Part shown: piece after piece, positions 13,705 through 24,445 of the stretch
How the letters are laid out: each line of letters starts with the position of its first letter
How positions within the stretch are numbered: the first letter of the stretch is position 1
DNA from: Prorocentrum cordatum
Lineage: Eukaryota
NCBI GenBank assembly: GCA_963575745.1
Contig: CAUYUJ010000114.1
Span: 682,001-746,000, forward strand
Direction: 5' to 3'
DNA: 64,000 bases
Notes under the pieces: generated by a model
Told to the model about the DNA's origin: nothing
Databases searched by the model: none
What the model saw: the letters and a program-made list of their open reading frames with translations, nothing else
Position numbers and translations under genes: made by a program

Positions 13705-14695
13705 TTTTGGGACCGAATAACTCCCCAGACGATTTGGTTTCGGAGTAGATGGCTCCGCAGCAGCAGCGGGGCTCGAATGAAGGGCGCGTTGCATTTCTGC
13801 AGGGGCGCGCGCGTCGGCCGCCGAGATCGGGGGCGCTCGTGCAGGCGCCGTGGCGCGATCTTCGTAAAGAAGTCTTCCCTCTCCTCCCTGTCCCCCCATC
13901 CCGCCGCCCTCAACGTCGGCTCCTCGCCGCCCGTTCCTCGTCGCTCCACGCCTGTTCGTTCTCCTCCAATTTCCTCTCCCGCTTCCTCGTTCTCTCCTTC
14001 CCATTTTTCCCTCCATCCCATTGCATCCCTGGCACCCCAGCGAAGTTCGCAGTTCGAAGTTTGAAGTTCGGAGTTCGAAGGTTGCAGTTTGAATTTCGAA
14101 GCTTCGCACTTCGAGGTTCGATCTTCGAACCTTCGTCATCTCGTCGTCGTAATCGTCGTCCTCGTTCGTCGTCGTCGTTCCTCGTCGGCGTCGATTGTCG
14201 TTGTCGTCGTCGCTCGTTGTCGTCGTCGCCGTCGTCGTCGTGGTCGGCGTCGTCGTCGTCGGTCGTTGTCGTCGCTAGTCGTCGTCGCTGGTCGCCGTCG
14301 TGGTCATCGTCCTCGTCGTCGTCGTCGTGGTCGTCGTCGCCCTCGTTGTCGCCGTCGTGGTCATCGTCGTCGTCGTTGTCGTGAAACGCCCCACGTAGGA
14401 GGAGCAGAGAAGGGAGTAAGGAGAAATGAGCACGGTGGAGGGAGGAGGGAGGATTGAACAGGAAGAGGAGGGTACAGATGGAGGTAGAAGGGATGAGGTA
14501 GTTCAGAAGTGGGAGCAGCAGACTGGCGCAATGGGAAAAGCCATGTGAGTGCAGGGAGGGATGGAAATGCGATAAAGTGAAGCCGCAGCCGTTGCAGGTC
14601 TGCCTCCCGCCGCGCCCGCCCGCCTCCGCGACTGGAGCCGCGCAGGAGCCTCTGCCGAAGTCTCCGCAGCAGCGGGGACTGCCAGAGGAGGCCCC
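13700..14695 (+). repeat. Diverged duplicate of 15555-16595 (upstream region and 5' end of ORF2)
   Basis: Colinear similarity from GTAGTTT..GG to GCCAGAGGAGGCCCCT, including the (GTC)n tracts; offset ~1855 bp. Confidence 0.85.
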
Positions 14696-16386
14696 TTCGC
14701 GGTTTTTGCGCCGGCATGGCGAGCATCGCGGGCAAGTACGACGTCGATGACTTCGAGCTCATCACGACGGAGGGCAGTGTTTGGCACTGGGCGACCATGG
14801 TTGTGCGGTTTCTCCAGTGGCGCAATCGTTGCCGCCACGCACGCGCCGTTGGAGTGAAGGGCCAGATGCTCGTCGACCAGGCGCGGCAGATGATGGAGGA
14901 GGCGCGCCGCACCGAGGAGATGGGCAAGATGACGCTTGAGATGTCGAAGAAGAAGGTGAAGGACATCCCAGGCAATATTCGGTACTTTTGCCGCCAGCCG
15001 CACCAGGAGAGCTGAGCGGCGATCGGGGCTGGGCCGATAGAGGAGGACGAGGAGGAAGAGGAGGGGGGATGAGGAGAGGAGGAGGAGGGGATGAGGAGTT
15101 GGAGGCAGCACGCGCACCCGCACTAAGAGCCGCCAGCCGCGCCCGTCTCCGAGCATGAAACCCGAGCTTGGCTGGAAGGGGGGAGGGCGGTAGCAGAAAC
15201 AGCGCAGGACAGGGATGGGAGAGGTCACGCATCCGCCGCATTAGCGGCGGTGGTACGACAGTTCTCATGGCGGCGCGGCGGTCGCTGAGAAATGGAGCAC
15301 GTGCGTGGGCCTGCGTGCGCTTAATTATGAGTGGCTCTCGTCCCCTCCCCTCCTCTTCCTCCATGAGATCTCTCTCCTGGTGCATATCCCCTGCCAGTGC
15401 TCGTCCTGCTCCTCTATCCGCCCCCCCTCGTCCGTTCCTGCCACCAGCCACATGGGGCGTTCTCAATCAACACCCCATTGAGTGTCCCCATGTGAAGGTT
15501 GCCCTTTGTCATGAGGGCGGACTCGCAAGAGCCGAGTGGCTGAAGAACTAATTAGTAGTTTGGGGTCCGAACAGCTCCCCAGACGATTTGGTTGTGGAGT
15601 AGGTGGCTCCGCAGCAGCGGGGCTCGAATTAAGGGCGCGTTGCATTTCTGCAGGGGCGCGCGCGTCGGCCGCCGAGATCGGGGGCGCGCGCGCAGGCGCC
15701 GTGGCGCGATTTTCGTTTTGAAGTCTCCCCTCTCCTCCCTGTCCCCCCATCCCGCCGCCCTCAACGTCGGCTCCTCGCCGCCCGTTCCTCGTCGCTCCAC
15801 GCCTGTTCGTTCTCCTCCAACTTCCTCTCCCGCTTCCTCGCTTTTCCTTCCAATTTTCCCTCCATCCCAGTCCGTCCCTGGCACCCCAGCGACGTTCGCA
15901 GTTAGAAGCTGGAAGTTCGGAGTTCGAAGATCGAAGTTTGAATTTCGAAGCTTCGCGCTTCGAGGTTCGATCTTCGATCCTTCGTCATCTCGTCGTCGTA
16001 ATCGTCGTCCTCGTTCGTCGTCGTCGTTCCTCGTCGGCGTCGGTTGTCGTCGTCGTCGTCGCTCGTTGTCGTCCTCGCCGTCGTCGTCGTGGTCGGCGTC
16101 GTCGTCGTCGATCGTCGTCGTCGCTAGTCGTCGTCGCTGGTAGCCGTCGTGGTCATCGTCCTCGTCGTCGTCGTCGTGGTCGTCGTTGCCCTCGTTGTCG
16201 CCGTCGTGGTCATCGTTCTCGTCGGCGTCGTCGTCGTCGTTGTCGTGAAACGCCCCACGTAGGAGGAGCAGAGAAGGGAGCAAGGATAAATGAGCGCGGT
16301 GGAGGGAGGAGGGAGGACTGAACAGGAAGAGGAGGGAGCAGGCAGAGGTAGAAGGGATGAGGTAGTTCAGAAGTGGGAGCAGCAGA

Positions 16387-19116
16387 GTGGCGCAAGGGGA
16401 AAAGTCATTTGAGCGCAGGGAGGGATGGCATTGCGATAAAGTGAATCCGCAGCCGTTGCAGGTCTGCCCCCCGCCGCGCCCGCCCGCCTCCGCGACGGGA
16501 GCGGCCCAGGGCATGGAGCAGCCTGGCGCGACTGGAGCCGCGCAGGAACCTCTGCCGAAGTCTCCGCAGCAGCGGGGGCTGCCAGAGGAGGCCCCTGATG
16601 CAGTTCCGCATGGAATGGCAGATCCAGCACCGGCCTCCGCAGCAGCGGGGGGGGAGGTTGCAACGAAACTGCGGTCATTGTTTTCGTCGATGTCTGATGC
16701 CCAGGAAAGCGTTTCGAAGACCCTGCTGGTTGCCCAGGAATTGATGCAGAATGGCCTGATCGAAGATGCGCGGAAGTTAACGGCCGCCGCCAACCGCCTT
16801 GTAGTCATAACGGCTGAGGAGGCGGCTTGCGCAGCAGCGGGGGCATCCGTGGAGCCAGGCGCCGCCACAGTGGTAGTCGAGCCTGGACAGGGTGGCTCCG
16901 ATGACCCGAGACCGAGATCTCCCTGCGCGACTAATTGGCAACATCGGCAGGCTCTGATCGCAGCGCGCAAACTGCGTGAAAGCTCCTCCGCAGCAGCGGG
17001 GGCCCGCGTGATCAAGACTCTCGCCTTGACCTCGAAGGCTCGGTCGCCAGCGCTTCCTGTCCAAGAGGGCTTCCCAGAGGAAGGCCGCCCGCACTTCCCA
17101 TCGGAAGAGCGCGGCCCGAGCCATTCCAAGCCTCTTGTGCCCCTGCTGTACGACGACGAAGACCAGGTGCAGGAGGGGCAGACAGAGGCGCGCGTGAATC
17201 TGGCTTTTGCTTCCCTCGTCCTGCGCGCGGGCGCCTCCCTGTCGGATTGGGTCGCAGCTGTCAGGGACAGGCGCGAAGGGGTCGTCTTAGTCTCCTTCGA
17301 GCCTGGTGCACGCATCAATCGCGATCGGCGGAAGCAACATCTCGACGATCTCATCCGCCATAGTGGCTTCCACGGGGAGGTCGCGCGCGAGTGCGTTGGG
17401 GCTCTCCTCTGGGTTCCCGAGCGCGTCGAGCAGTGCGAGGTGCTTCGCTGGCACTGCCACGGGAAGTTCCTGGTTCAGGCCTGGTCGGTGACCCTGGCAG
17501 CGGTGGCTCACAATCCGAAAGCAAAGGAAGGCAAACTCTCCATAGCAGTGGGGGGCGTGTTCTTCCGACACCAGACGAGCCTCGCGGGACAACCGTGGCC
17601 CGAGAACTTCCGCAACGGGCTGCGGAACCTGGTGTTGTGGAACCGAGTGCGTATTCTCGCTGGGATCTTTGACGCAGGCAGGGAGGATCTTTCGGAGCTG
17701 CTCAGAAGTTGCGGCGCGTCTGGTACAGGCGTACTCGGCTTGGCTTTGTGGTGTCCGACAAAAGGTTGCCACGTGACGCACCCGCACTACATCGTGATTC
17801 TTGGCCCCGCTCAGGTTCGCGAGTGCCCTGCGGGCGGGCAGCCTGATCTGCCGCACTGGTTGAATCAGGATTCCCAGCCTCCGCAGCAGCGGAGGCTCCT
17901 CACCAGCCTGCAGTACCGCCAGTTGGATTGGGTGGCGCGTCCGACCTGGGTCAGGCTCACGGACGCGGAGCGCAAGGAGCAGGATACATATGACTGGCCG
18001 CACTTGCACAGGGTGATCCACAAGGCCCAGGATGCGAACCGCCTCACGGAACATTGCCACACATTGTTCGTTTTTGTAGAAGCCAAGAACAGGAAGTCTG
18101 GCAAAGGCGCCGCGGCCAGGAAGAAGGATCGGAAGCGGGAAGCCAAGTGGGAAAAACAGCGGGGAGAGTGGGCGGAGACAGAACCCGAAGCAACAGCCTC
18201 AGCAGCAGCGGAGGCGCACGGAGACCAGGAGGAGGCGGAGACAGAATCTGAAGCAGCAGCCTCCGCAGCAGCGGGGGCGCACGGAGCCCAGGAGGAGCTT
18301 GAGGGCGACGAGGCCCCGCTCTGGATCGACTCCTGCAGCCTCACGCCGCCCCAGGACGAACAGAGCAACCCTGACAGAGGTGAGAGGGAGGAGAAGAAGG
18401 AGAAGGAGAAGATGAAGAAAAACAAGAAGAAGAAGAACAAGAAGAAATATATCAGGAGCAGAACCCCAAAGAGGAAGAAGCCCTCGCAGCAGCGGGGGGG
18501 CAGCCGTTCCACACGCAGAAAGCGGGAGCAGAGGAGCAAAGACCGAATGAGGAGAGTGCCCTCGCAGCAGCGGGGGCGCAGCCGCTCCAGACGCAGAGGG
18601 CAGGAGCAGAGGGGGCGCAGCCGCTCCAGACGCAGTGGGCAGGTGGAGGGCGGCGACCGCAGGGCGGCGTGGGCAGGGCGGTTCCTGCCCGCGCCGCCCG
18701 CGCACCCCCCCCACACAGGTCAGGTGATGCTGAGGCCGAGGGCATGGCGCCCGCTCCTCCCAGGCCAGATATGCCGTCCGCCAGGCATGCCGCCAATGAT
18801 GCCACCACCACCGCCATTTCCCCCGCGTGGAGGAGGACGCCGCGGGGCCCCCCCGCTGGAGGAGACACCGCACCCTACGCCACCGCGGCTCGTCCCGAGG
18901 CAGCCGCCGCACCCTCCGCCGAAGCGGCTCCTGCCAAGAGAGTCGCAGACGCCCCGCCCTCTGGCAGCGCCGCTCGTCCCGAGGCCGCCGCCGCAGCCTC
19001 CCCCGCCGCAGCTCCTCTCCAGGGAGTCGCCGCTTCCTGCGGACACGCTTGCGTTCAACAGTGACGCGTTCGAGGCATTGTCGCGGCGCCGCAGCCCTTC
19101 AAGCGACTCCAGCTGA
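16387..19116 (+). CDS. Cargo ORF2 (~870-909 aa): degenerate EEP-like central domain with K/R-rich and Pro-rich C-terminus
   Basis: Long open frame, first ATG at 16513. LRNLVLWNRVRILAGIFD and HCHTLFVFV align by eye with LATILQDNSVDILCGDFN and AHYPLLFQM of the EEP cargo protein. Confidence 0.7.
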   Translation: MAQGEKSFERREGWHCDKVNPQPLQVCPPPRPPASATGAAQGMEQPGATGAAQEPLPKSPQQRGLPEEAPDAVPHGMADPAPASAAAGGEVATKLRSLFSSMSDAQESVSKTLLVAQELMQNGLIEDARKLTAAANRLVVITAEEAACAAAGASVEPGAATVVVEPGQGGSDDPRPRSPCATNWQHRQALIAARKLRESSSAAAGARVIKTLALTSKARSPALPVQEGFPEEGRPHFPSEERGPSHSKPLVPLLYDDEDQVQEGQTEARVNLAFASLVLRAGASLSDWVAAVRDRREGVVLVSFEPGARINRDRRKQHLDDLIRHSGFHGEVARECVGALLWVPERVEQCEVLRWHCHGKFLVQAWSVTLAAVAHNPKAKEGKLSIAVGGVFFRHQTSLAGQPWPENFRNGLRNLVLWNRVRILAGIFDAGREDLSELLRSCGASGTGVLGLALWCPTKGCHVTHPHYIVILGPAQVRECPAGGQPDLPHWLNQDSQPPQQRRLLTSLQYRQLDWVARPTWVRLTDAERKEQDTYDWPHLHRVIHKAQDANRLTEHCHTLFVFVEAKNRKSGKGAAARKKDRKREAKWEKQRGEWAETEPEATASAAAEAHGDQEEAETESEAAASAAAGAHGAQEELEGDEAPLWIDSCSLTPPQDEQSNPDRGEREEKKEKEKMKKNKKKKNKKKYIRSRTPKRKKPSQQRGGSRSTRRKREQRSKDRMRRVPSQQRGRSRSRRRGQEQRGRSRSRRSGQVEGGDRRAAWAGRFLPAPPAHPPHTGQVMLRPRAWRPLLPGQICRPPGMPPMMPPPPPFPPRGGGRRGAPPLEETPHPTPPRLVPRQPPHPPPKRLLPRESQTPRPLAAPLVPRPPPQPPPPQLLSRESPLPADTLAFNSDAFEALSRRRSPSSDSS

Positions 19117-20585
19117 CGGCGCGCGGCTGCGGAGACCTCCGCAGCAGCGGGGGTGGTCTCCGCAGGGGTGATCTCCGCAGCAGCGGGGGTTAGCATAATT
19201 AAGAGATCTGAGGCCCGGGCTCGGCGCGCGCGCGAGGAGGCAGGCGCTCGCATTGAGCGGCTGAAGAAATCGTGGTCGTTGTCGCCGTGCTCGTCGTCGT
19301 CGTTTGCTTTTTGCTGGGGGGGAAAGGGGGGCGAGCAAGAGGAGGAGGAGGAGGAGGGGTCCTGCAGGGGCCAGGACCGACACCGGGACCGGGACCGGGA
19401 CCAGGGGGAGAGCGGGACCGGGACCGGGAGCGGGACAGGGACGGGGAGCCCTGGACGAGCAGCAGAACCGACCACGGGACCGGGACCGGGACCGGGGCCG
19501 GGACCGGGACCGGGACCGGGAACGGGGGTGCTGGTCCCGGTCCCGGTCCCGTGGTCGGTCCTGCTGCCCGTCCTGGGCTCCCCGCCCCTGTCCTGCTCCA
19601 TGTGTCACCTCTTTGTCCCGCCCCCAATCTCTGCCGTGCCGTTTGGGTTCGAGATCGCCAGCCATGAGGGTTAGGAAGCCCGACACAAGGATCGGGCGAT
19701 GCCGCGTCGGCGAGTTGAGGAATAGGAAACCCGACACAAGGACGGGACGATGCCGCGTCGGCGAGAAGAGGGGTTTTCGGAAACCAGACCACAGACCTCA
19801 TTCGAGCAAGCGCGCTGGGGCGGCGGCGCAAGGCGAGCTCCAAGAAACAAGCCCTCGCAGTAGCGGGGGCTGCTGTAGCCCTCGCAGCAGCGGGGGCTGC
19901 TGTCTTGGAGCGTGGTGGGTTGTGGGATGAGAAGACTGCTCGGAGGATAGGCGTGGAAGATGACGATGGGTTCGATCAGGCACTTTGGTACCGCGACCAT
20001 TGGGGCAACTGGTACAAACTAGGGTCCAAGATGCCGCCAGTCGGCAGCTCCTGGCAAGAAGGCGCCGACCCCCTTCGCATGTAATTACGGGGCGGATGAA
20101 CACGACAGTGCCCCCACATGGTTGATTGTACGGTCCTCAGGATGACCGCGACATCCCGAGCGCACAAGGGGAACGCTCCTCCGCAGCAGCGGAGGGATGT
20201 CGCGAGAATTTCGCCGAGGGGGGGTGACCTCGGCGGAGGGGCGCACTCGCGCGCGCGCGGGGGAGCGCGGTTTCGCGCGTCGCGTGCGGCATCGCATGCG
20301 GTGTGGGGGAAAACACGACATCTGTGCTGTCACCTGTGTCCTGCTCTCTCCTTTGCTTCGCTTCCCCTTGCACTCCCTCCTGCAACCTCCCGCCCGTCAT
20401 TATGTCTTTGTAGTGATCATCGCTTCCATACACGCAACTCTCACAGCGCCCCTTTCTCTCACAGATGGGTTCGGGGTGGGCAACCTTTCTCTCACACAGG
20501 GGGGGGCCGATGTATCAATGCTTCTCCTGTTCAGGCGGATGTGCGCGTATCGAAAAACTGAGAAGGCCGCGTCGACCCGCCGTTC

Positions 20586-20630
<45 letters not shown>

Positions 20631-20851
20631 GTCTCTCTCTCTCTCTCTCTGTCTCTCTCCCTCTATCTGCCTTTCCTCTCCTTCTCCTTTTGCTCAAGTG
20701 CGGGCAGGCCGCGGATCCGTGAGGCCCCTCCTTCTGTCCGCGCGCGCGACAGGCACTCGTGCTTTAAGCGGGGCCCCGCAGCAGCGGGGGCAACCGTCGC
20801 GGAGCATCTGTTTGGGAAGCTGCCCCCGCAGCAGCGGGGGCGCCTGGATAG

Positions 20852-23344
20852 ATGTCCGAGGACATCAAGTCAGGTCCCCTGAATGATGCCGCCACGTTGC
20901 GCAGCCGCTATGCCTTGAAGGACTCCGAGGGCCAGCGGCTGAAGGCCAAAATTTCCTTGGAGGATATCTGCGTCCACCCGCAGAACAGAGGTGGGACGTA
21001 CCCCTCCGCTGCCAGAGTGGTTAATCTCCTGTGTGGCATTCTGAAAGACAGGTTCCTCTTGAACGAGGCGCAGCACGAAGCAGTGGTTGTTCAGGAACTC
21101 CCTGCGGGGAAGAAGGCCGATTACGAGCGCCTCCATGGCAGGCCGTGCACGGCGCACGCGGACCACAACTTGCAGAAAACGAAGTCCGTGGAGGCTCTAC
21201 GCTCGGCGTACACAAGCTTGTCAACGTTCAACTACGGGGCGCTGAGCCACTGCACCCTAACCCTTGGTCTGCTGAACCTCAAGCACGGCGCAGTGTGGGT
21301 CATTCCCGAAGACCACAAAGGATGTGGTTTGGAGGAGTTCCAGACAGGTACAGGTGGTTCCTGGGATATCCCAAAAATGCGTCGCGCACCGAAGTTCACA
21401 GAACTCATGGACGTGCTCGATAACGGTTTGCTTTGCGAGGTGCTCTCGTGGGAAATTCACTTCGATGCCGTCTTCGCGCAAGGCCCCGCGATCATTTCCG
21501 CGGCCCTGAACGACCCACAGGGAAAAGGTGTGACCTCTCACGAAATCGAGGTCCTGACGTCCGTCGCTGATTTCGTCGCCACCGCAGCAGCGGCGGGCAA
21601 GAAAGCATCGTGCGGATCTGAGACAGGACACCCCGTGAATATCTCGTACGAAACTGTTCTCAAGGCTTGCGCGCAACGACATCCCGAGTACGCCAAGGCC
21701 AAATGGTTCGAGGACATGTTTACTTTCGTCATCAACGTGGGGGCCGCATCAGGGCAGCTCATACCGCAAATTCTAGATTATGATCGACGTTGGGTGGATC
21801 ACAAAATACGTTCCCTGGCACCAGCCACCTGGAGCGTTCTCAACCAACTCCCCATAGATTGTCCCCATGTGAAGGTAGCCCTTGTCATGAGGGCGTACTC
21901 GCAAGAGCCGAGGTGCGGACAATGCCCCGCGCCGGAAACGGCTTGGGGACACAGCGAGGGCAACAGTCGGATACAGGAGCTCAATTCTTTGTTGGGGTAT
22001 GTCCGTCGCATATTGGCCCCCGCAGCAGCGGAGGCCCACGGGGAGGAGAAGAGCGCGACTTTGACCGCGGGGGCGGTTCTGACTGCGACGGACACCTTCT
22101 ACCAGGTGTACGTAAGGGTGAAGGCTACCAAACCTCGTCGGGAGGCAGTTGTGGAGGCCGTGTGCGAGACAGTGCGTCCGTACTATGCTGAAGTACGCGA
22201 GGCCTGGCAGAAAATGGAAAAGAACGCACAGAAAGAGTTCCCGCCCCCCCCTGCGCCGTGGACCGACAAGTTGCCCGCGGCCCCCGAGAATCCCGCTGGC
22301 CCTCGCAGCAGCGGAGGTGGCGAGGGCTCTCGCCCGCAGCCAGTATTGATAGAGTTCAACGAAGAAGACAAGCCTCTGAACAGGCAGATGTCTGAAGTGT
22401 CCAAGCCCGTGAACAGCCTGATGGTGGTCCCAGTGAAATCGTGGCACGCTTCGGCTCCGTCTGGCAATCTCGACACAGACAGGTGGCACCAAGCAAGCAT
22501 CGCGGAAGTCATGACTGGCTTCCATCGTCACGCGGACACTTGCGCCCAACCCGTCCAGATGCAATATGACGTTCAAGCCAAGAGTGTCCATGTGGTGGCT
22601 ACTGGGGACATCGCCGAGGGGAAACTGATGCTCTTCCCTTGCTGCCCCACCGCGAAGATTTTCCCGAAAGTCTCGAGCAATCCGCGGGCAGTGGAGGTGC
22701 TAGTCGGTGAGAAACGTCCGACTCCTGTCGAGAAAATGGAAACATATTGGGCACAACCTGATTTCAAATTACCAGAGCTGGAGCTCAAGCCCGCGCCGCA
22801 GGAAGCGGCCTCCGCAGCAGCGGGGGCTGCACAGGGCGAGGCGCCCGTGGGTCCGCAGCTCGACGAGGCGGCCCCCGCAGCAGCGGCGCCTGCACAGGGC
22901 GAGGCCGAACAGGAAGAGAATCCGTACCAGTTTAAGTTCGGAGGTACCGAGTCCTTGCACTTCTTTTGGGGAGTTGAGAGGATGACACCAGAAGAACTTG
23001 CCCGAGCCCAGCTAGTGCAGGGACAGGAGCACTGGAAGTTCAACGTTGCACTTCGACCACTAGAGTTCCAGACAATGACAAAGTGCCCGCCAGCCGCCCC
23101 CCTCCGCGTCTGCAGCGTGCTTGTCCCGTGCATGCACAACACGGTGCCGCTGGTGCGCGGAGATCGGCTGATGCTGCAGATCACAAAGGAGAAGAGGGCC
23201 ACCGACACCCACAAGGAGAAGCAGGCATGGCAAAAGGAGCAGAAAGAGCAGGAGAAGAAACGGAAGAAGGACGCCGAGGAGGGACGGAAAACCCCCAAGA
23301 GCGGCAAGATGACAATCCCTGGCCAGGGGGCCCACTTCGTGTGA
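20852..23344 (+). CDS. Cargo ORF3 (830 aa): N-terminal ParB/Srx-like domain and C-terminal SET-like domain
   Basis: Intact ATG-TGA ORF. ISLEDICVHPQNRGG...VVNLLCGILKDRF...YGALSHCTL resembles the ParB N-terminal fold. VVATGDIAEGKLML and VPCMHNTVPLVRGDRLML resemble SET N- and C-terminal motifs. Confidence in the ORF is high; the domain calls are moderate. Confidence 0.75.
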   Translation: MSEDIKSGPLNDAATLRSRYALKDSEGQRLKAKISLEDICVHPQNRGGTYPSAARVVNLLCGILKDRFLLNEAQHEAVVVQELPAGKKADYERLHGRPCTAHADHNLQKTKSVEALRSAYTSLSTFNYGALSHCTLTLGLLNLKHGAVWVIPEDHKGCGLEEFQTGTGGSWDIPKMRRAPKFTELMDVLDNGLLCEVLSWEIHFDAVFAQGPAIISAALNDPQGKGVTSHEIEVLTSVADFVATAAAAGKKASCGSETGHPVNISYETVLKACAQRHPEYAKAKWFEDMFTFVINVGAASGQLIPQILDYDRRWVDHKIRSLAPATWSVLNQLPIDCPHVKVALVMRAYSQEPRCGQCPAPETAWGHSEGNSRIQELNSLLGYVRRILAPAAAEAHGEEKSATLTAGAVLTATDTFYQVYVRVKATKPRREAVVEAVCETVRPYYAEVREAWQKMEKNAQKEFPPPPAPWTDKLPAAPENPAGPRSSGGGEGSRPQPVLIEFNEEDKPLNRQMSEVSKPVNSLMVVPVKSWHASAPSGNLDTDRWHQASIAEVMTGFHRHADTCAQPVQMQYDVQAKSVHVVATGDIAEGKLMLFPCCPTAKIFPKVSSNPRAVEVLVGEKRPTPVEKMETYWAQPDFKLPELELKPAPQEAASAAAGAAQGEAPVGPQLDEAAPAAAAPAQGEAEQEENPYQFKFGGTESLHFFWGVERMTPEELARAQLVQGQEHWKFNVALRPLEFQTMTKCPPAAPLRVCSVLVPCMHNTVPLVRGDRLMLQITKEKRATDTHKEKQAWQKEQKEQEKKRKKDAEEGRKTPKSGKMTIPGQGAHFV

Positions 23345-23899
23345 TCCCGCCGCAGCAGCGGGGGGTGCGCGAAACGGAGCGGCAGATGACAGCGGTCGAT
23401 GATCCACCCGTCGCAGCCCGCAGCCGTCAGCTGGAGGGGAGGAGGAAAAGGGCGGGGAGAGGAGGTCGAAGAGGGAGGGGGGAGGGGGGCAGCAGAAACA
23501 GCACCAGACAGGGATGGGAGAGGTCACGCATCAGCCGCAGTAGTGCCGGTGGTACGTCAATTTTCATGGCGGCGCGGCGGCCGCTGAGAAATGGAGCAAG
23601 TGCGAGGGCCTGCAAATGCGGAAAATGTGAGTGCCTCTCGTCCCCTCCCCTCCTCTTCCTCCATGAGATCTCTCTCCTGGTGCATATCCCCTGCCAGGTC
23701 TCGTCCTGCTCCTCTCCCTCTATGTTCGTCCTGCCCTCCCCTCGCGCCTCGCCTCCGTCTCCGTCCCCCCTCGTCCGTTCCCGCCTCCCTCCCGTGTCCT
23801 GTTTTCCTCTCTCCGTGCTCATCGTCCTGCTCATCGTCCTGCCGTCCTGTTCGCGGGACGCTCTGTGGGACAGGGGGGCGGTCGAAGCACACAAGGCCG

Positions 23900-24087
23900 A
23901 CCCCCTCTGTGACAGAGGGGGTCCCGCGCTTGTCCGCGGGACCCCCTCTGTGACAGAGGGGGTCCCGCGCTTTTCCGCGGGACCCCCTCTGTGACAGAGG
24001 GGGTCCCGCGCTTTTCCGCGGGACCCCCCTCTGTCACAGAGGGGGTCGGGTGGAAAAGCGCGGGACCCCCTCTGTCACAGAGGGGGT
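23900..24087. repeat. Central array of the same palindrome (5 copies, with degenerate copies on either side)
   Basis: Centres at 23911, 23952, 23993 (G centre) and 24035, 24076 (C centre); period 41-42 bp. Confidence 0.9.
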
Positions 24088-24445
24088 CGGGTCGTGCGTT
24101 TCCGCGCGCCCTCCTCTGTGAAACAGGGGTGGTCGTTCGATCAGGGCGCCCCCCCCCTGTGGGACAGAGGGTCGGTCAGAGCACACAAGGCCCCCCCTCA
24201 AGGGGCAGAGGGGCGGTCAAGGGACAGGGAAGGCAGCTGTGCTCGTTCGGAGAGAAGGAGGGGGATGGGTTGGATGAGATGGAAAGGATCTCGTGGAGGG
24301 AGCATGATGCGGATGAGGAGTAGGAGGATCTGTTCGAGACGAGGAGTCCGCCTTCCATAGCCGTTTTCAGGCGGTTCACTTTTGAGGGGGGGCGACACCT
24401 AGGACGCGCGCGCCTTCGCAGCAGCGGGGGCTTGCGCACGGCGGC

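Noticed and set aside
15552..17354. 600-aa minus-strand ORF and other antisense ORFs inside the transposon
   Set aside because: They are shadows of GC-rich + strand genes and (GTC)n tracts, with no recognisable motifs.
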